Assembly (NCBI GenBank): GCA_963828985.1
Contig: CAWHGT010000002.1
Coordinates: 264,679-328,678, forward strand
From: an uncultured Alphaproteobacteria bacterium
Lineage (GTDB): Bacteria; Pseudomonadota; Alphaproteobacteria; Rhizobiales; Beijerinckiaceae
Length of the DNA: 64,000 bases
Reading direction: 5' to 3'
Shown here piece by piece: positions 30,258-40,811 of this stretch. A program made the translations under genes and the position numbers. Numbering within the stretch: the stretch's first letter is position 1; each line of letters starts with the position of its first letter. Below the pieces are notes generated by a model. That model saw only the letters and a program-made list of their open reading frames with translations, searched no databases and was not told the origin of the DNA.

Positions 30258-30824
30258 GTGAAGGTCATCGCCTCTACGCTCCGCAAAGGCAATGTCGTCG
30301 ACGTCGACGGCCGGCTTTATGTGGTTCTGACTGCCCAGAACATCCATCCCGGCAAAGGCACACCCGTGACGCAGATCGATATGCGCCGGATCTCGGACGG
30401 GGTGAAGGTCTCGGAGCGGTATCGCACCACCGAGCAGGTCGAGCGCGCCTTCGTGGAAGACCGGGAGCACACGTTTCTCTATGCGGATGGCGACGGCTAT
30501 CACTTCATGAACCCCGAGAATTTCGATCAGGTGCAAGTCTCGGAGGACATCGTCGGCGACATGAAGCCCTACCTTCAGGAGGGAATGGCGGTGATGCTCT
30601 CGACGCATAACGGGCTCGCCATTTCGCTCGAACTGCCGGCCCGCGTGACCCTCGAGATCATGGAAACCGAGCCAGTGGTGAAGGGCCAGACGGCCTCCTC
30701 GTCCTACAAGCCCGCGATGCTCTCGAACGGCGTCCGCACCCTCGTGCCCGGCCACATCATGCCCGGCACCCGCGTCATCATCATGACGGAAGACGGCTCC
30801 TACGTGGAACGCGCCAAGGATTGA
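30258..30824 (+). CDS. efp: Elongation factor P
   Basis: IHPGKGTP loop, [23 protein letters not shown]. Confidence 0.97.
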   Translation: MKVIASTLRKGNVVDVDGRLYVVLTAQNIHPGKGTPVTQIDMRRISDGVKVSERYRTTEQVERAFVEDREHTFLYADGDGYHFMNPENFDQVQVSEDIVGDMKPYLQEGMAVMLSTHNGLAISLELPARVTLEIMETEPVVKGQTASSSYKPAMLSNGVRTLVPGHIMPGTRVIIMTEDGSYVERAKD

Positions 30825-30845
30825 GCCGGACGTGAGTCTCAGCCC

Positions 30846-32414
30846 ATGAAAAACCCCGTCGCGCAGTCCGATCCTCGGGTCTCGCGCGGCGGCTTGGGCG
30901 CGTCAGGGCGATTTACCCGGGTAGGTAAGCAGACGTTACCCTATTTCTGGTCCGCGGTGGCGGTCGGGCTTGCGGCGCTGGTCGGCCTCGCGCTTACTTC
31001 CCAGATTCGCCTTCCGAACGTCTCGATGATTTTCCTCCTGGCGGTTCTGTTTTCCGCCGCCAGGTTCGGCATGGGGCCCGCGCTGTTTTCGTCCCTGCTG
31101 TCGTTTCTTGCCTACAATTTCTTTTTCATCGAGCCGCTGCACACGTTTTCGGTGACCGAGCCTCACGAGTTGCTGTCGCTCTTCGTCCTGCTCGTTGCCG
31201 CAATTCTGACCTCCGCGATCGCCAGCCGCATGAGGAACGAGGCGAGGCGGGCGGCGGAAAAAGACCGCGCCTCCCGCCGTTTGTACAAGTTCGCCCGGCA
31301 CCTTTCGCGCGCAGCCGACGAAAACGCGGTGGCCAGGCACGGCGCGATGCAGATCCACCATATTCTGCGGCGCTCCTGCGTGGTTTACCTGGTTCGCGAC
31401 GACGCACTGGAATGCGTCGCCGTTTGGCCGCCCCAAACTGTCCTGGACCCGGAAACATCGTCGGCAGCGGAACGTCTCCTGCGGGGCGAGGCTCCCGCCG
31501 GCGCCCAACAGGCGGCCGATTTCGGTCCGTGGCTGTGGGTTCGACTGAATACCTCTGCGGGGCCGGTCGGAATCATCGGGCTTGCCTCGTCGGAAGGCGA
31601 TCCCCTCGATGCCGGTGCAAGCACGCTTTTCGAGACATTGGCGGAATTGATCGCCAGCGCGCTGGAGCGGGCGCGACTCGGCCTTGCAATCTCGTCCGCA
31701 AGGTTGGCGACCGAGACGGAACGCCTGCGCAATACATTCCTTGCGTCCATCAGCCATGATTTTCGCACGCCCCTCGCGTCTATTTTGGGAGCGGCCACGA
31801 GCCTGATCGAGTACGGTGCAAAGCTGCCTAAATCCACCCGGCGAGATTTGCTCGATCAGGTGAAGGACGAGGCCGAGCATCTCGACGGGATGGTGCGCAA
31901 CCTGCTTTCCCTGACACGTCTGGAGGCAGGCGCGCTCGAGCTTCATCGCGATTGGGTCGATCCAAAGGAACTGCTCGACCGCGCCGTCGCGGCAGCGCGG
32001 CGTCGGGGCGCCGTGCAGATCTTCCGGGTTGAAGCGGAGCAGGCCATGCCCCTTGTCGTCGCGGACCCCATGCTGCTGGATCAGGTTCTGTCCAACGTGA
32101 TCGGCAATGCGGTACAACATGCGGGGCCGGGCGCGAACATCACGCTGTCGGCGACACGTTCGGGAAGCGAGGCCGTGCTGTCCGTGACCGACGACGGGCC
32201 CGGAATCGCCCCCGATGTTTTGCCTCGGATATTCGACAAGTTCGGCAAGCCCCTGACACAGGTTCGGGACGGGAGCGGAACAGGTCTCGGCCTTGCAATC
32301 GTGAAGGGGATTGTGGCTGCTCACGGCGGAACCGTCTCGGCTACAAGCCCGGTTTCCCGAGGCGGAGGAACCCGCATCGAGATCAGGTTGCCGCTACCGA
32401 AGGATGCGCCATGA
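30846..32414 (+). CDS. kdpD: KdpD-like sensor histidine kinase lacking the N-terminal KdpD/Usp domains
   Basis: DUF4118-type TM module (LAYNFFFIEPLHTF), GAF-like region, ERLRNTFLASISHDFRTPL, DDGPGI, GTGLGLAI. Confidence 0.85.
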   Translation: MKNPVAQSDPRVSRGGLGASGRFTRVGKQTLPYFWSAVAVGLAALVGLALTSQIRLPNVSMIFLLAVLFSAARFGMGPALFSSLLSFLAYNFFFIEPLHTFSVTEPHELLSLFVLLVAAILTSAIASRMRNEARRAAEKDRASRRLYKFARHLSRAADENAVARHGAMQIHHILRRSCVVYLVRDDALECVAVWPPQTVLDPETSSAAERLLRGEAPAGAQQAADFGPWLWVRLNTSAGPVGIIGLASSEGDPLDAGASTLFETLAELIASALERARLGLAISSARLATETERLRNTFLASISHDFRTPLASILGAATSLIEYGAKLPKSTRRDLLDQVKDEAEHLDGMVRNLLSLTRLEAGALELHRDWVDPKELLDRAVAAARRRGAVQIFRVEAEQAMPLVVADPMLLDQVLSNVIGNAVQHAGPGANITLSATRSGSEAVLSVTDDGPGIAPDVLPRIFDKFGKPLTQVRDGSGTGLGLAIVKGIVAAHGGTVSATSPVSRGGGTRIEIRLPLPKDAP

Positions 32415-33103
32415 CCAATGCAACGCGCGTTCTTGTGGTCGATGACGAGGCCGCCATCCATCGTTTTTTGACCCCCGCTTTCGAGGCAAACGACTTCACC
32501 GTTCTGAAAGCCGACAGCGCAGCACTCGCCCTTCGCAAAATCGCATCGGACGCGCCCGACATCGTCATTCTCGACCTCGGTCTTCCCGACATGGACGGCA
32601 TGGAGGTGATCGCCCGGGTTCGCGAATGGTCCGACGTGCCGATCATCGTTCTGACCGCCCGCGATCGAGAAGCCGAGAAAATCGCCGCCCTCGACCTCGG
32701 GGCTGACGATTTCGTCAACAAGCCCTTTGGAATCGGCGAGTTGATGGCTCGGGTGCGCGCGGCGCTCCGGCATCGCATGCAGCGCAATGGCGAGATCGTC
32801 GTTCTGCGTGTCGGCGGGCTTGAGATAGACCTCCCACGGCACCGGGTCACACTGGAAGGCGCCGATATCGACCTCAGTCCAAAGGAATTCGCCCTTCTCA
32901 CCACGCTGGCGCGCCATGCCGGAAAGGTGATGACGCACCGCCAGATTCTGACCGCGGTCTGGGGCATCGCTCACGAGCACGACACGCAATATCTGCGGGT
33001 CTATGTGGGCCAACTTCGCCAGAAGATCGAGGTCAACCCGTCCGACCCCCGCTTCCTGCTCACCGAACCGGGTGTCGGCTATCGGCTGCTCGATACGCTG
33101 TAA
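32411..33103 (+). CDS. kdpE: KdpE-like OmpR family response regulator
   Basis: [62 protein letters not shown]. Confidence 0.92.
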   Translation: MTNATRVLVVDDEAAIHRFLTPAFEANDFTVLKADSAALALRKIASDAPDIVILDLGLPDMDGMEVIARVREWSDVPIIVLTARDREAEKIAALDLGADDFVNKPFGIGELMARVRAALRHRMQRNGEIVVLRVGGLEIDLPRHRVTLEGADIDLSPKEFALLTTLARHAGKVMTHRQILTAVWGIAHEHDTQYLRVYVGQLRQKIEVNPSDPRFLLTEPGVGYRLLDTL

Positions 33104-33111
33104 TCGGGATC

Positions 33112-33128
33112 TTTATACCGCACTTACA
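33112..33128 (+). promoter_or_regulatory. Putative KdpE binding site upstream of kup
   Basis: TTTATA-ccgca-CTTACA, compared with the E. coli kdpFABC site TTTATA-N5-TTTACA. Confidence 0.6.
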
Positions 33129-33210
33129 TTCTGCACCCGACTTCCACATCGCAATTTTATCCGTCGCTGGATCATATTTGGGGCCTGAACGAAGGCGCCT
33201 GACAGTGACG

Positions 33211-35139
33211 ATGACAGACCGAACGAGCGCGGAGACCGGCGGTCCAAGCGCTGGGGCGAGACACGCGGTGCCGGTGATATTTCGCCCATCGCGTGCTTGG
33301 ACGTTAATGCTCGGCTCCCTCGGTGTGGTCTACGGCGATATCGGAACCAGCCCACTTTACGCGTTGAAGGAATCGCTCTCGGCCGCGGCTGGCGGCGGCG
33401 CCATAACCCGCGCCATGGTATTCGGCATCGTATCGCTGATCCTTTGGGCGCTGATCGTGGTGGTGACGATCAAATACGTGCTCTTCATCCTCAGGGCGGA
33501 CAATAACGGCGAGGGTGGGACGCTGACGCTGATGGCGCTCGCACAGCGCGCCATGGGGCACAACGTGCTGGTGATCTCCTTGCTGGGCATGGGCGGGGCG
33601 GCACTGTTTTACGGCGATGCCATCATTACGCCGGCGATTTCCGTGCTCTCGGCGGTGGAGGGACTGAATCTCGTCACCCCCGCCTTCGCGCCCTACGTTC
33701 TGCCGCTGAGCCTGCTGGTCCTGCTCGGCCTGTTTGCACTGCAGAGCCACGGTACCGCCCGGGTGGCCGCGTGGTTCGGCCCGATTACAGGCGTGTGGTT
33801 CGTCGTCATGGCGGCCGGCGGAATCGTTCACATCGCGGACGATCCGAGCATCCTGGCGGCCCTCAGCCCAACCTACGGCGTCGCGTTCCTGGCAAGCCAT
33901 GGCATGGCGGGGCTTTTTGCTCTGGGGGCGGTGTTCCTTGCCGTGACAGGGGCCGAAGCCCTCTACGCCGATATGGGCCATTTTGGGCGCAGGCCCATTC
34001 AGAGAGCCTGGTTGTGGTTCGTCCTTCCTTGCCTGGCGCTGAATTATACGGGGCAGGGCGCAATGCTGCTGGCGGACCCGGGCAAGATCGAGAACCCGTT
34101 CTTTCTGCTTTATCCGGAATGGGCGCTTCTCCCCATGGTGGGCCTGGCGACCATCGCCACCATCATCGCCAGTCAGGCGGTTATCAGCGGCGCCTTCTCG
34201 CTGACGCAGCAGGCAATCCAGCTCGGTCTTCTGCCGCGTATGCAAATCCGCCGGACCTCCGAAACCGAGAAGGGACAGATCTACGTACCCCGGGTGAATT
34301 TGCTGCTCCTGATCGCGGTGCTGTTCCTGATTGCAGTGTTCAAGACGTCGAGCTCTCTGGCCCATGCCTACGGTATCGCGGTGACGGGTACGATGGTCGT
34401 CACGACCATCATGGCTTTCTTCGTCATCTGGCGGTTCTGGAAGTGGCCGCTTTGGCTGGCGGCCACCGTGATCGCGCCGCTTCTCTCCATCGACCTGATC
34501 TTTCTTGCGGCGAACGCCCTCAAGATTCCCGAAGGTGGATGGGTGCCTCTCGTGGTGGGCGCAATCCTGATCGCCCTCATGATGACATGGCGACGCGGAA
34601 CGAAGATCCTGCTGGAGAAGACCCGCAAGCTCGCCGTTCCGCTGCTCCAACTGATCGGCATGCTGGAGAAAAGCGACCCCTATCGGGTCCCCGGCACCGC
34701 TGTTTTCCTGACGAGCGAGCCCGATTTGGCTCCGTCGTCGCTGCTGCACAATCTCAAGCACAACAAGATCCTGCACGAACGGAACGTCATCCTGACGGTG
34801 AAAACCGACGATGCTCCGCGCGTCGGCGATGCGGATCGGATCTGTGTCCAGAAGCTCGACGCCGGATTTTGGCAGGTGGTGCTCACCTATGGCTACATGG
34901 AGACGCCCGATATCCCGTCGGCACTGGCGCGCCTGAGCTCACACGGGCTGAAACTGGAGTTACTCACCACATCGTTCTTCGTCTCACGACGGGCGATCCG
35001 GCCATCGCTGCATTCCCTCATGCCATTCTGGCAGGACAAGCTCTTCGTGAGCCTGGCCAAATCCGCCAGCGACGCGACGGAATTCTTCCAGATCCCCGCA
35101 GAGCGCGTGGTGGAAGTCGGTACGCAGGTGACGGTCTAG
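33211..35139 (+). CDS. kup: Potassium transporter Kup
   Basis: [47 protein letters not shown]. Confidence 0.96.
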   Translation: MTDRTSAETGGPSAGARHAVPVIFRPSRAWTLMLGSLGVVYGDIGTSPLYALKESLSAAAGGGAITRAMVFGIVSLILWALIVVVTIKYVLFILRADNNGEGGTLTLMALAQRAMGHNVLVISLLGMGGAALFYGDAIITPAISVLSAVEGLNLVTPAFAPYVLPLSLLVLLGLFALQSHGTARVAAWFGPITGVWFVVMAAGGIVHIADDPSILAALSPTYGVAFLASHGMAGLFALGAVFLAVTGAEALYADMGHFGRRPIQRAWLWFVLPCLALNYTGQGAMLLADPGKIENPFFLLYPEWALLPMVGLATIATIIASQAVISGAFSLTQQAIQLGLLPRMQIRRTSETEKGQIYVPRVNLLLLIAVLFLIAVFKTSSSLAHAYGIAVTGTMVVTTIMAFFVIWRFWKWPLWLAATVIAPLLSIDLIFLAANALKIPEGGWVPLVVGAILIALMMTWRRGTKILLEKTRKLAVPLLQLIGMLEKSDPYRVPGTAVFLTSEPDLAPSSLLHNLKHNKILHERNVILTVKTDDAPRVGDADRICVQKLDAGFWQVVLTYGYMETPDIPSALARLSSHGLKLELLTTSFFVSRRAIRPSLHSLMPFWQDKLFVSLAKSASDATEFFQIPAERVVEVGTQVTV

Positions 35140-35152
35140 GATGGATTCGCGA

Positions 35153-35560
35153 TCAGATCACCGCGGCAGCGACGGCCTCGATCTCCAGCATGAGATCTGG
35201 CCTTACCAGATCCGGGATGATGTGGGTGGTCCAGGTCGGAACGTGATCTCCCAAAATCTCCTTTGATATCGCGGTAATTCTCGCCCGATCTTCATCACGC
35301 GTCGGGCGATAGCGTTCGACCAGAAGCGCCGTGCATTTCACGATGTCCTTGAGGTTCATCCCTCCAGCCTCGACATTCAACACGACATTTTGGAGCGCAT
35401 GTCGCCATTGTTCTTCGTAAGTGGCGCCCAACTCTCCTTCGGAATTCATTCCCACCTGACCTGAGATCAGCAGCAGAGTGGCGTTCGGCGGAATTGTGAC
35501 GGAATGGCGGTATCGGCCTATGGGTGGCGCAACCGTGGGCGGATTTCTGAATACGATCAT
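35153..35560 (-). CDS. RidA/YjgF family protein (divergent)
   Basis: YRHSV, LLISGQVG, NLKDIVK, LVRPDLMLEIEAVA. Confidence 0.85.
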   Translation of the reverse strand: MIVFRNPPTVAPPIGRYRHSVTIPPNATLLLISGQVGMNSEGELGATYEEQWRHALQNVVLNVEAGGMNLKDIVKCTALLVERYRPTRDEDRARITAISKEILGDHVPTWTTHIIPDLVRPDLMLEIEAVAAAVI

Positions 35561-35720
35561 TTCTGACTCCGAGGGACGCAGCGTCGAGGGGAATGGAAAG
35601 AATAGCTTACCGTATCATAGTTGCATCAAGGTTGGCGGGGAGCTGTATGACGCCGGGGGTCGATTAGACCCGCCCGACCTTTCTTGATATGGCGTCGGCG
35701 TTCCAACAGGACGCACCGTC

Positions 35721-36905
35721 ATGACAACCGCAATGTCGATCGCCATCAATCCGCTCGTCGCGGATGTCGGATCGCCGCCCGTTCCCGAGGCGCAGGCGTG
35801 GCTCGCGCGGTATGACGGCGCCTACGGGCCCGCCATCAATCTGTCGCAGGCGGTTCCCGGTTCGGCGCCGCATCCCGAGATGCTGGAGCGGCTGGCGCGG
35901 AGCGCGGGTGCGGCGGCCTCGGCGAAGTACGGTGGCATCGCGGGCGATGAAGACCTTCGCGCCGCCCATGCGGCCGACCTGTCGTCGCTTTACGAGGGAC
36001 GGATCGACGGGCGCGACATCGCTGTCACCGCCGGCTGCAACATGGCGTTCTTCGCCACCATGATGATGCTGGCGCGGCACGGCGATGCGGTGCTGCTGCC
36101 GACACCCTGGTACTTCAATCACCAGATGAGCCTCGACATGCTGGGCATCGAAGCGCGGCCACTGCCATGCCGCGCCGAGGCGGGATTCGTACCGCGGGTG
36201 GAGGATGCCGCGCCTCTGATCGACGGCAAGGTCCGCGCCGTCATCCTGGTGACGCCCAACAATCCGACCGGCGCGGTCTATCCGGACCACGTCATCGAGA
36301 GCTTTGCGTCCCTGTGCCGCGAGAAGGGCGTTTATCTCGTTCTTGACGAGACTTACCGCGATTTTCTCCCGAACAGCGCGAACCGGCCGCATGGCCTTTT
36401 CACCGAGAATTCGTGGCGCGACACCGTGATCCAGCTCTATTCGTTCTCGAAATCCTACGCGATCCCGGGACATCGTACCGGCGCCATCACGGCGGATTCT
36501 GCCCTTGTGGAGCAGGTTTGCAAGGTCCTCGATTGCATCCAGATCTGCGCTCCGCGGACAGCCCAGGCCGTCCTGCCCTGGGCGATCGAAAATCTGCGGA
36601 GCTGGCGCGAAGAAAATCGCCACAACATCAACCATCGGGCGCAGGTGTTCCGGGAGGCATTGGCGCCGCTGCCGCAATGGCGGATCGATTCGGCCGGGGC
36701 CTATTTTGCCTATCTGACGCACCCCTTCGAGAGTGCGAGCGCCCAGCAGGTGGCGGAAAAGCTCGCCACGGAGCGCGGCGTGCTGGTTCTTCCGGGCAGC
36801 TATTTCGGGCCGGGACAGGAGCGCCAGCTGCGCGTCGCCTTCGCCAATGTGAGCGCCGATGTGCTGGTGGGACTGACGGAGCGGCTACGCAACTTTTCCG
36901 TCTAG
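35721..36905 (+). CDS. PLP-dependent aminotransferase class I/II
   Basis: INLSQAVP, PWYFNH, VTPNNPTG, DETY, SFSKSYAIPGHRTG. Confidence 0.92.
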   Translation: MTTAMSIAINPLVADVGSPPVPEAQAWLARYDGAYGPAINLSQAVPGSAPHPEMLERLARSAGAAASAKYGGIAGDEDLRAAHAADLSSLYEGRIDGRDIAVTAGCNMAFFATMMMLARHGDAVLLPTPWYFNHQMSLDMLGIEARPLPCRAEAGFVPRVEDAAPLIDGKVRAVILVTPNNPTGAVYPDHVIESFASLCREKGVYLVLDETYRDFLPNSANRPHGLFTENSWRDTVIQLYSFSKSYAIPGHRTGAITADSALVEQVCKVLDCIQICAPRTAQAVLPWAIENLRSWREENRHNINHRAQVFREALAPLPQWRIDSAGAYFAYLTHPFESASAQQVAEKLATERGVLVLPGSYFGPGQERQLRVAFANVSADVLVGLTERLRNFSV

Positions 36906-37022
36906 CTTCCGCCTCCACGTCACGGTCCGTCCGCCTACCTCGTCGGGACCCTTGGCGAAGATGGGCCGGACAGGTAGTCTCACGCGCAACCGACGTCGGA
37001 TTCCGGCGCCAAGGATCACGTT

Positions 37023-38138
37023 TTGACGAAGTACGAAGCGATTGCCGGAGCCGATGAGGCGCGGTCGAATCCGGTGTCCGGATCCGAGCGTGATTTGCGC
37101 TGGTCCAATGCGGGCGGCGATCTGCCCGAGCGGCGCGAGCGGCGCAAGGCCGGGCGCAGCTACGCGGCTCTCGATCTCGGCACCAATAATTGCCGCCTGC
37201 TGATCGCCGAACCGGCCCATTTCGGCTTCCGGGTCGTCGACGCGTTTTCGCGAATCGTCCGGTTAGGCGAGGGGCTTGGACACGGCAACGTCCTCAGCGC
37301 CGAGGCGATCGACCGCACCGTCGATGCCCTGCGCGTCTGTCGGGACAAGATGGACGCCAAGGACGTGTTTCGCGCCCGCCTCGTCGCAACCGAGGCCTGC
37401 CGCCTCGCGAGCAACGGCCCGGCTTTCATCGAGCGCGTCCGCGAGGAGCTTGGGCTGACGCTCGAGATCGTCGACCGCAAGACGGAGGCCTATCTGGCGG
37501 TGACCGGCTGTGCCTCGCTGGTCGATCCGGACGCGGATTCGGTGGTGGTGTTCGACATCGGCGGCGGCTCGACAGAGATCGCCTGGCTCGACGGCCCTGC
37601 CACCAACATGCTGGTCGATCCCTGCGGACGAATCCGCGCCTGGGATTCGCTCCCGGTCGGGGTGGTGACCTTGGCCGAGCGCCATGGCGGCGTCAGGGTG
37701 AGCCGGGCGAGCTTTCGCGGCATGGTCGAGGAGGTGTCGGATCTTCTCGTCAATTTCAATCTGGCCGCATCGGCGTCGGGCGAGGGCGCGAATTTCCACC
37801 TCCTCGGCACGTCCGGCACGGTGACCACCATCGGCGGCATCCACCTCGGGCTTCAGCGCTACGACCGGCGGCGCGTCGACGGCATGTGGATGCGCAATTC
37901 TGAAATCACCAGCGTCCTCGAAGGCCTTCTCGCTTCGGATTACGACCGTCGGGCGGCCAATCCGTGCATCGGGCGCGAGCGTGCCGACCTGGTTCTCGCG
38001 GGCTGTGCCATTCTGGAAGCGATCCGGATGGCGTTTCCGTCGGATCGCCTGCGGATCGCGGATCGCGGGCTGCGCGAGGGAATTTTGATGAACATGATGC
38101 GCGACGACGGGGTCTGGCGGCAGGAGGCGTACCGATGA
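37023..38138 (+). CDS. Ppx/GppA phosphatase family protein
   Basis: [40 protein letters not shown]. Confidence 0.92.
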   Translation: MTKYEAIAGADEARSNPVSGSERDLRWSNAGGDLPERRERRKAGRSYAALDLGTNNCRLLIAEPAHFGFRVVDAFSRIVRLGEGLGHGNVLSAEAIDRTVDALRVCRDKMDAKDVFRARLVATEACRLASNGPAFIERVREELGLTLEIVDRKTEAYLAVTGCASLVDPDADSVVVFDIGGGSTEIAWLDGPATNMLVDPCGRIRAWDSLPVGVVTLAERHGGVRVSRASFRGMVEEVSDLLVNFNLAASASGEGANFHLLGTSGTVTTIGGIHLGLQRYDRRRVDGMWMRNSEITSVLEGLLASDYDRRAANPCIGRERADLVLAGCAILEAIRMAFPSDRLRIADRGLREGILMNMMRDDGVWRQEAYR

Positions 38139-38839
38139 CCGCCGGCAAGCCCGGATCGGGCGTCCGCAACATGAAGCAGACGGTGAAGAGCGCCAACAAG
38201 CGCACGCTCTCGTCCAAGATCTGGCTCGAGCGCCAGCTCAACGATCCGTACGTGGCGCGGGCGAAGCGCGAGGGTTACCGCTCGCGGGCGGCCTTCAAGC
38301 TGCTGGAGATCGACGAGAAGTACAATCTGCTGAAGCCCGGCCAGCGCGTCGTCGATCTCGGCGCCGCTCCCGGCGGCTGGGCGCAGATCGCCGCCCGGAA
38401 AGTCGGCGCGAAGGGGCGCGTGGTCGGCATCGACCTCCTGCACATCGATCCCCTGCCGGGGGTCGATTTTATCGAGCTCGACTTTCTCGACGAGAGCGCA
38501 CCTGCGCAGCTGATGGAGCTTCTCGGCGGACCTGCCGATGTGGTGATGTCCGATATGGCGGCCAACACGACGGGCCACAAGAAAACCGACCACCTGCGCA
38601 TCATGGGCCTCGCCGAGGCCGCGATCTTCTTTGCCCGCGAGGTGCTGGCGCCCGGCGGCAGTTTCATCGCGAAGGTGTTTCAGGGCGGCACGGAAGGGCA
38701 GCTTCTGGCCGATTTGAAGCGCGACTTCGCGGTGGTGCGCCACGTCAAGCCCGCCGCCAGCCGCGCCGGTTCGGCGGAACTCTACGTGATGGCGACCGGC
38801 TTCAGGGGCACCGCCGGCAACGAGCAGCCCGACTACTAG
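38135..38839 (+). CDS. rlmE: 23S rRNA (Um2552) methyltransferase RlmE/FtsJ
   Basis: [39 protein letters not shown]. Confidence 0.95.
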   Translation: MTAGKPGSGVRNMKQTVKSANKRTLSSKIWLERQLNDPYVARAKREGYRSRAAFKLLEIDEKYNLLKPGQRVVDLGAAPGGWAQIAARKVGAKGRVVGIDLLHIDPLPGVDFIELDFLDESAPAQLMELLGGPADVVMSDMAANTTGHKKTDHLRIMGLAEAAIFFAREVLAPGGSFIAKVFQGGTEGQLLADLKRDFAVVRHVKPAASRAGSAELYVMATGFRGTAGNEQPDY

Positions 38840-38873
38840 GATTTCGCGAAACGGTTCAGCTCAGGAGAGGTTC

Positions 38874-39809
38874 ATGGCTCCGTACCGCATCGGCATCATC
38901 GGCTTCGGCAAGATCGCCCAGGACCAGCACCTGCCGGCTATCCGCGCGAACCCGGATTTCGAACTGCTGGCAGTGTCCAGCCAGCGCGGCTTGTCGCCTC
39001 AGGATGCCAAACATACGTTCGTCGACTACCGCGAGATGCTGAAGCTTCCGGATCTCGACGCGGTGGCGATCTGCACGCCGCCGCAGGTGCGCCACGACAT
39101 CGCCAAGCAGGTCCTTCAGGCCGGCAAGAGCGCGCTTCTGGAAAAGCCTCCGGCCGCGACCTTGAGCGAACTCGAGGACCTGAAGCGCATCGCCTCGGCG
39201 GTGGGCAAAACGCTGTACACGGCATGGCACGCCCAGCACAATGACGGCGTGGATGCGGCCGCGAAGGCCCTTACCGGGCAGAGCCTCAAACGCCTGCTCA
39301 TCACCTGGAAGGAAGATGTGCGGCACTGGCATCCGGGACAGGAATGGATCTGGCAGGCGGGCGGGTTCGGCGTCTTCGATCCCGGCATCAACGCCCTTTC
39401 GATCCTGAGCCGGATCATGCCGCAACCGATCTTCGTCAAGCAGGCGGCGCTGGAGTTTCCCGCCAACCGCGACGCCCCGATCGCCGCCAACCTCGTCTTC
39501 GCGTCGGGTCTCGATGGCGAAGACCTGCAGGCTGCGTTCGACTGGCGGCAGACCGGCGAGCAGACCTGGAATATCGACATCGAGACAGCCTCGGGCCAGC
39601 ACCTGCTTCTCTCGAAAGGCGGGGCGCGGCTCGAGATCGACGGCAAGGTTGTGGTGGACCAGGTCTCGGCCGAATATACGGGCATTTACAAGCAGTTCGA
39701 CGCACTTCTGAAAGCCGGCGCCTCCGATGTAGACGACATGCCGTTCCGGCTCGTCGCCGACGCTTTCATGATCGGCAAGCGGGTGCAGGTCGAGGCGTTC
39801 GCGAGTTAG
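38874..39809 (+). CDS. Gfo/Idh/MocA oxidoreductase (D-galactose/L-arabinose 1-dehydrogenase type)
   Basis: GFGKIAQDQH, CTPPQVR, LEKPP, WKEDVRHWHPGQEWIW, GVFDPGINALSI. Confidence 0.88.
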   Translation: MAPYRIGIIGFGKIAQDQHLPAIRANPDFELLAVSSQRGLSPQDAKHTFVDYREMLKLPDLDAVAICTPPQVRHDIAKQVLQAGKSALLEKPPAATLSELEDLKRIASAVGKTLYTAWHAQHNDGVDAAAKALTGQSLKRLLITWKEDVRHWHPGQEWIWQAGGFGVFDPGINALSILSRIMPQPIFVKQAALEFPANRDAPIAANLVFASGLDGEDLQAAFDWRQTGEQTWNIDIETASGQHLLLSKGGARLEIDGKVVVDQVSAEYTGIYKQFDALLKAGASDVDDMPFRLVADAFMIGKRVQVEAFAS

Positions 39810-39814
39810 ACAAT

Positions 39815-39906
39815 CCTCATGCTGAGGCGGGCGAAGCCCGTCTCGAAGCACGCAACTTCGCTGGAGGATCCTTCGAGACAGCGCCACGCGCTTCCTCAGG
39901 ATGAGG
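39815..39906. repeat. RIME-like palindromic element, family B (CCTCAT.CTGAGG...TCTCGAAG / CTTCGAGAC...CCTCAGGATGAGG)
   Basis: Nested inverted repeats between convergent genes. Confidence 0.8.
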
Positions 39907-39918
39907 GGGGCTGGAACG

Positions 39919-40773
39919 CTAGGCCAGCTGCTTTTTCAGGAACCCCACGGTCCGCCTCCAAGCCAGATCCGCCGCTTCCTTGTCGTAGCGGGCCGCATTG
40001 GTGTCATTGTTGAAGGCGTGGTTGGCGCCCTCGTAGGTGTGGATCTCGTAGGTCTTGCCGGCTTGCTTCAACGCCGCCTCGAAGGCCGGAATGCCCGCAT
40101 TGATCCGCTCGTCGAGGCCGGCGTAATGCAGCATCAGCGCCGCCTTGATCTTCGGCACATCCTCGGCCTTCGGCTGGCCGCCGTAATACGCAACGCCGGC
40201 CGACAGGTCGGGATCTGCCACCGCCAGATTGTTGACCGCGCCGCCGCCCCAGCAGAAGCCGATGGCGCCGACTTTGCCGTTGCTGTCCGGCAGGCCCTTC
40301 AGATACGCGACTGCGGCCTTGCCGTACGCAACCACGTCGGGCTGCTTCAGCTGGCCGATCATATCGCGGCCCTTGTCCTCGTCGGCCGGCGTGCCGCCCA
40401 TCGGCGCCAGGTAATCGAGGCCGAGGGCGACGAATCCCTCGGCAGCCATGCGCCGGGTGACGTCCTTGATGTGCGGATTGAGGCCGCGGTTCTCGTGGAT
40501 CACCAGCACGGCCGGCAGCTTGCCGCCGGATTTCGGCTTGACCAGATAACCCTTGAGGCCCGGCGCACCGGGAATATCGACCATCGCCGCCACGATGCGG
40601 GAATCGTTCTCCGGAATGGTTTGTGCCTGCGCGTAGTTGTTCTGCAGCACCGGCAACAGGGCGGTGGCGGCCGCGGTGCTGCCGGCGAGGGCTGCGAGCC
40701 GGTCGAGAAAGGCGCGGCGGTTCATGCCGCCATGGGTGAAATCGTCATAGAGATCGATGATGCGTTTATCCAC
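39919..40773 (-). CDS. Dienelactone hydrolase family protein (YghX-like)
   Basis: NRRAFL Tat-like motif, HENRGLNPHI, GFCWGG, HAFNNDT. Confidence 0.92.
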   Translation of the reverse strand: MDKRIIDLYDDFTHGGMNRRAFLDRLAALAGSTAAATALLPVLQNNYAQAQTIPENDSRIVAAMVDIPGAPGLKGYLVKPKSGGKLPAVLVIHENRGLNPHIKDVTRRMAAEGFVALGLDYLAPMGGTPADEDKGRDMIGQLKQPDVVAYGKAAVAYLKGLPDSNGKVGAIGFCWGGGAVNNLAVADPDLSAGVAYYGGQPKAEDVPKIKAALMLHYAGLDERINAGIPAFEAALKQAGKTYEIHTYEGANHAFNNDTNAARYDKEAADLAWRRTVGFLKKQLA

Positions 40774-40811
40774 GGAGGCGCTCCTTGATTCAGAGCAAGG
40801 ATAGCGCAACT

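Noticed and set aside
27969-30824. epmB-epmA-efp cluster as a novel system
   Set aside because: This is the well-described EF-P beta-lysylation pathway
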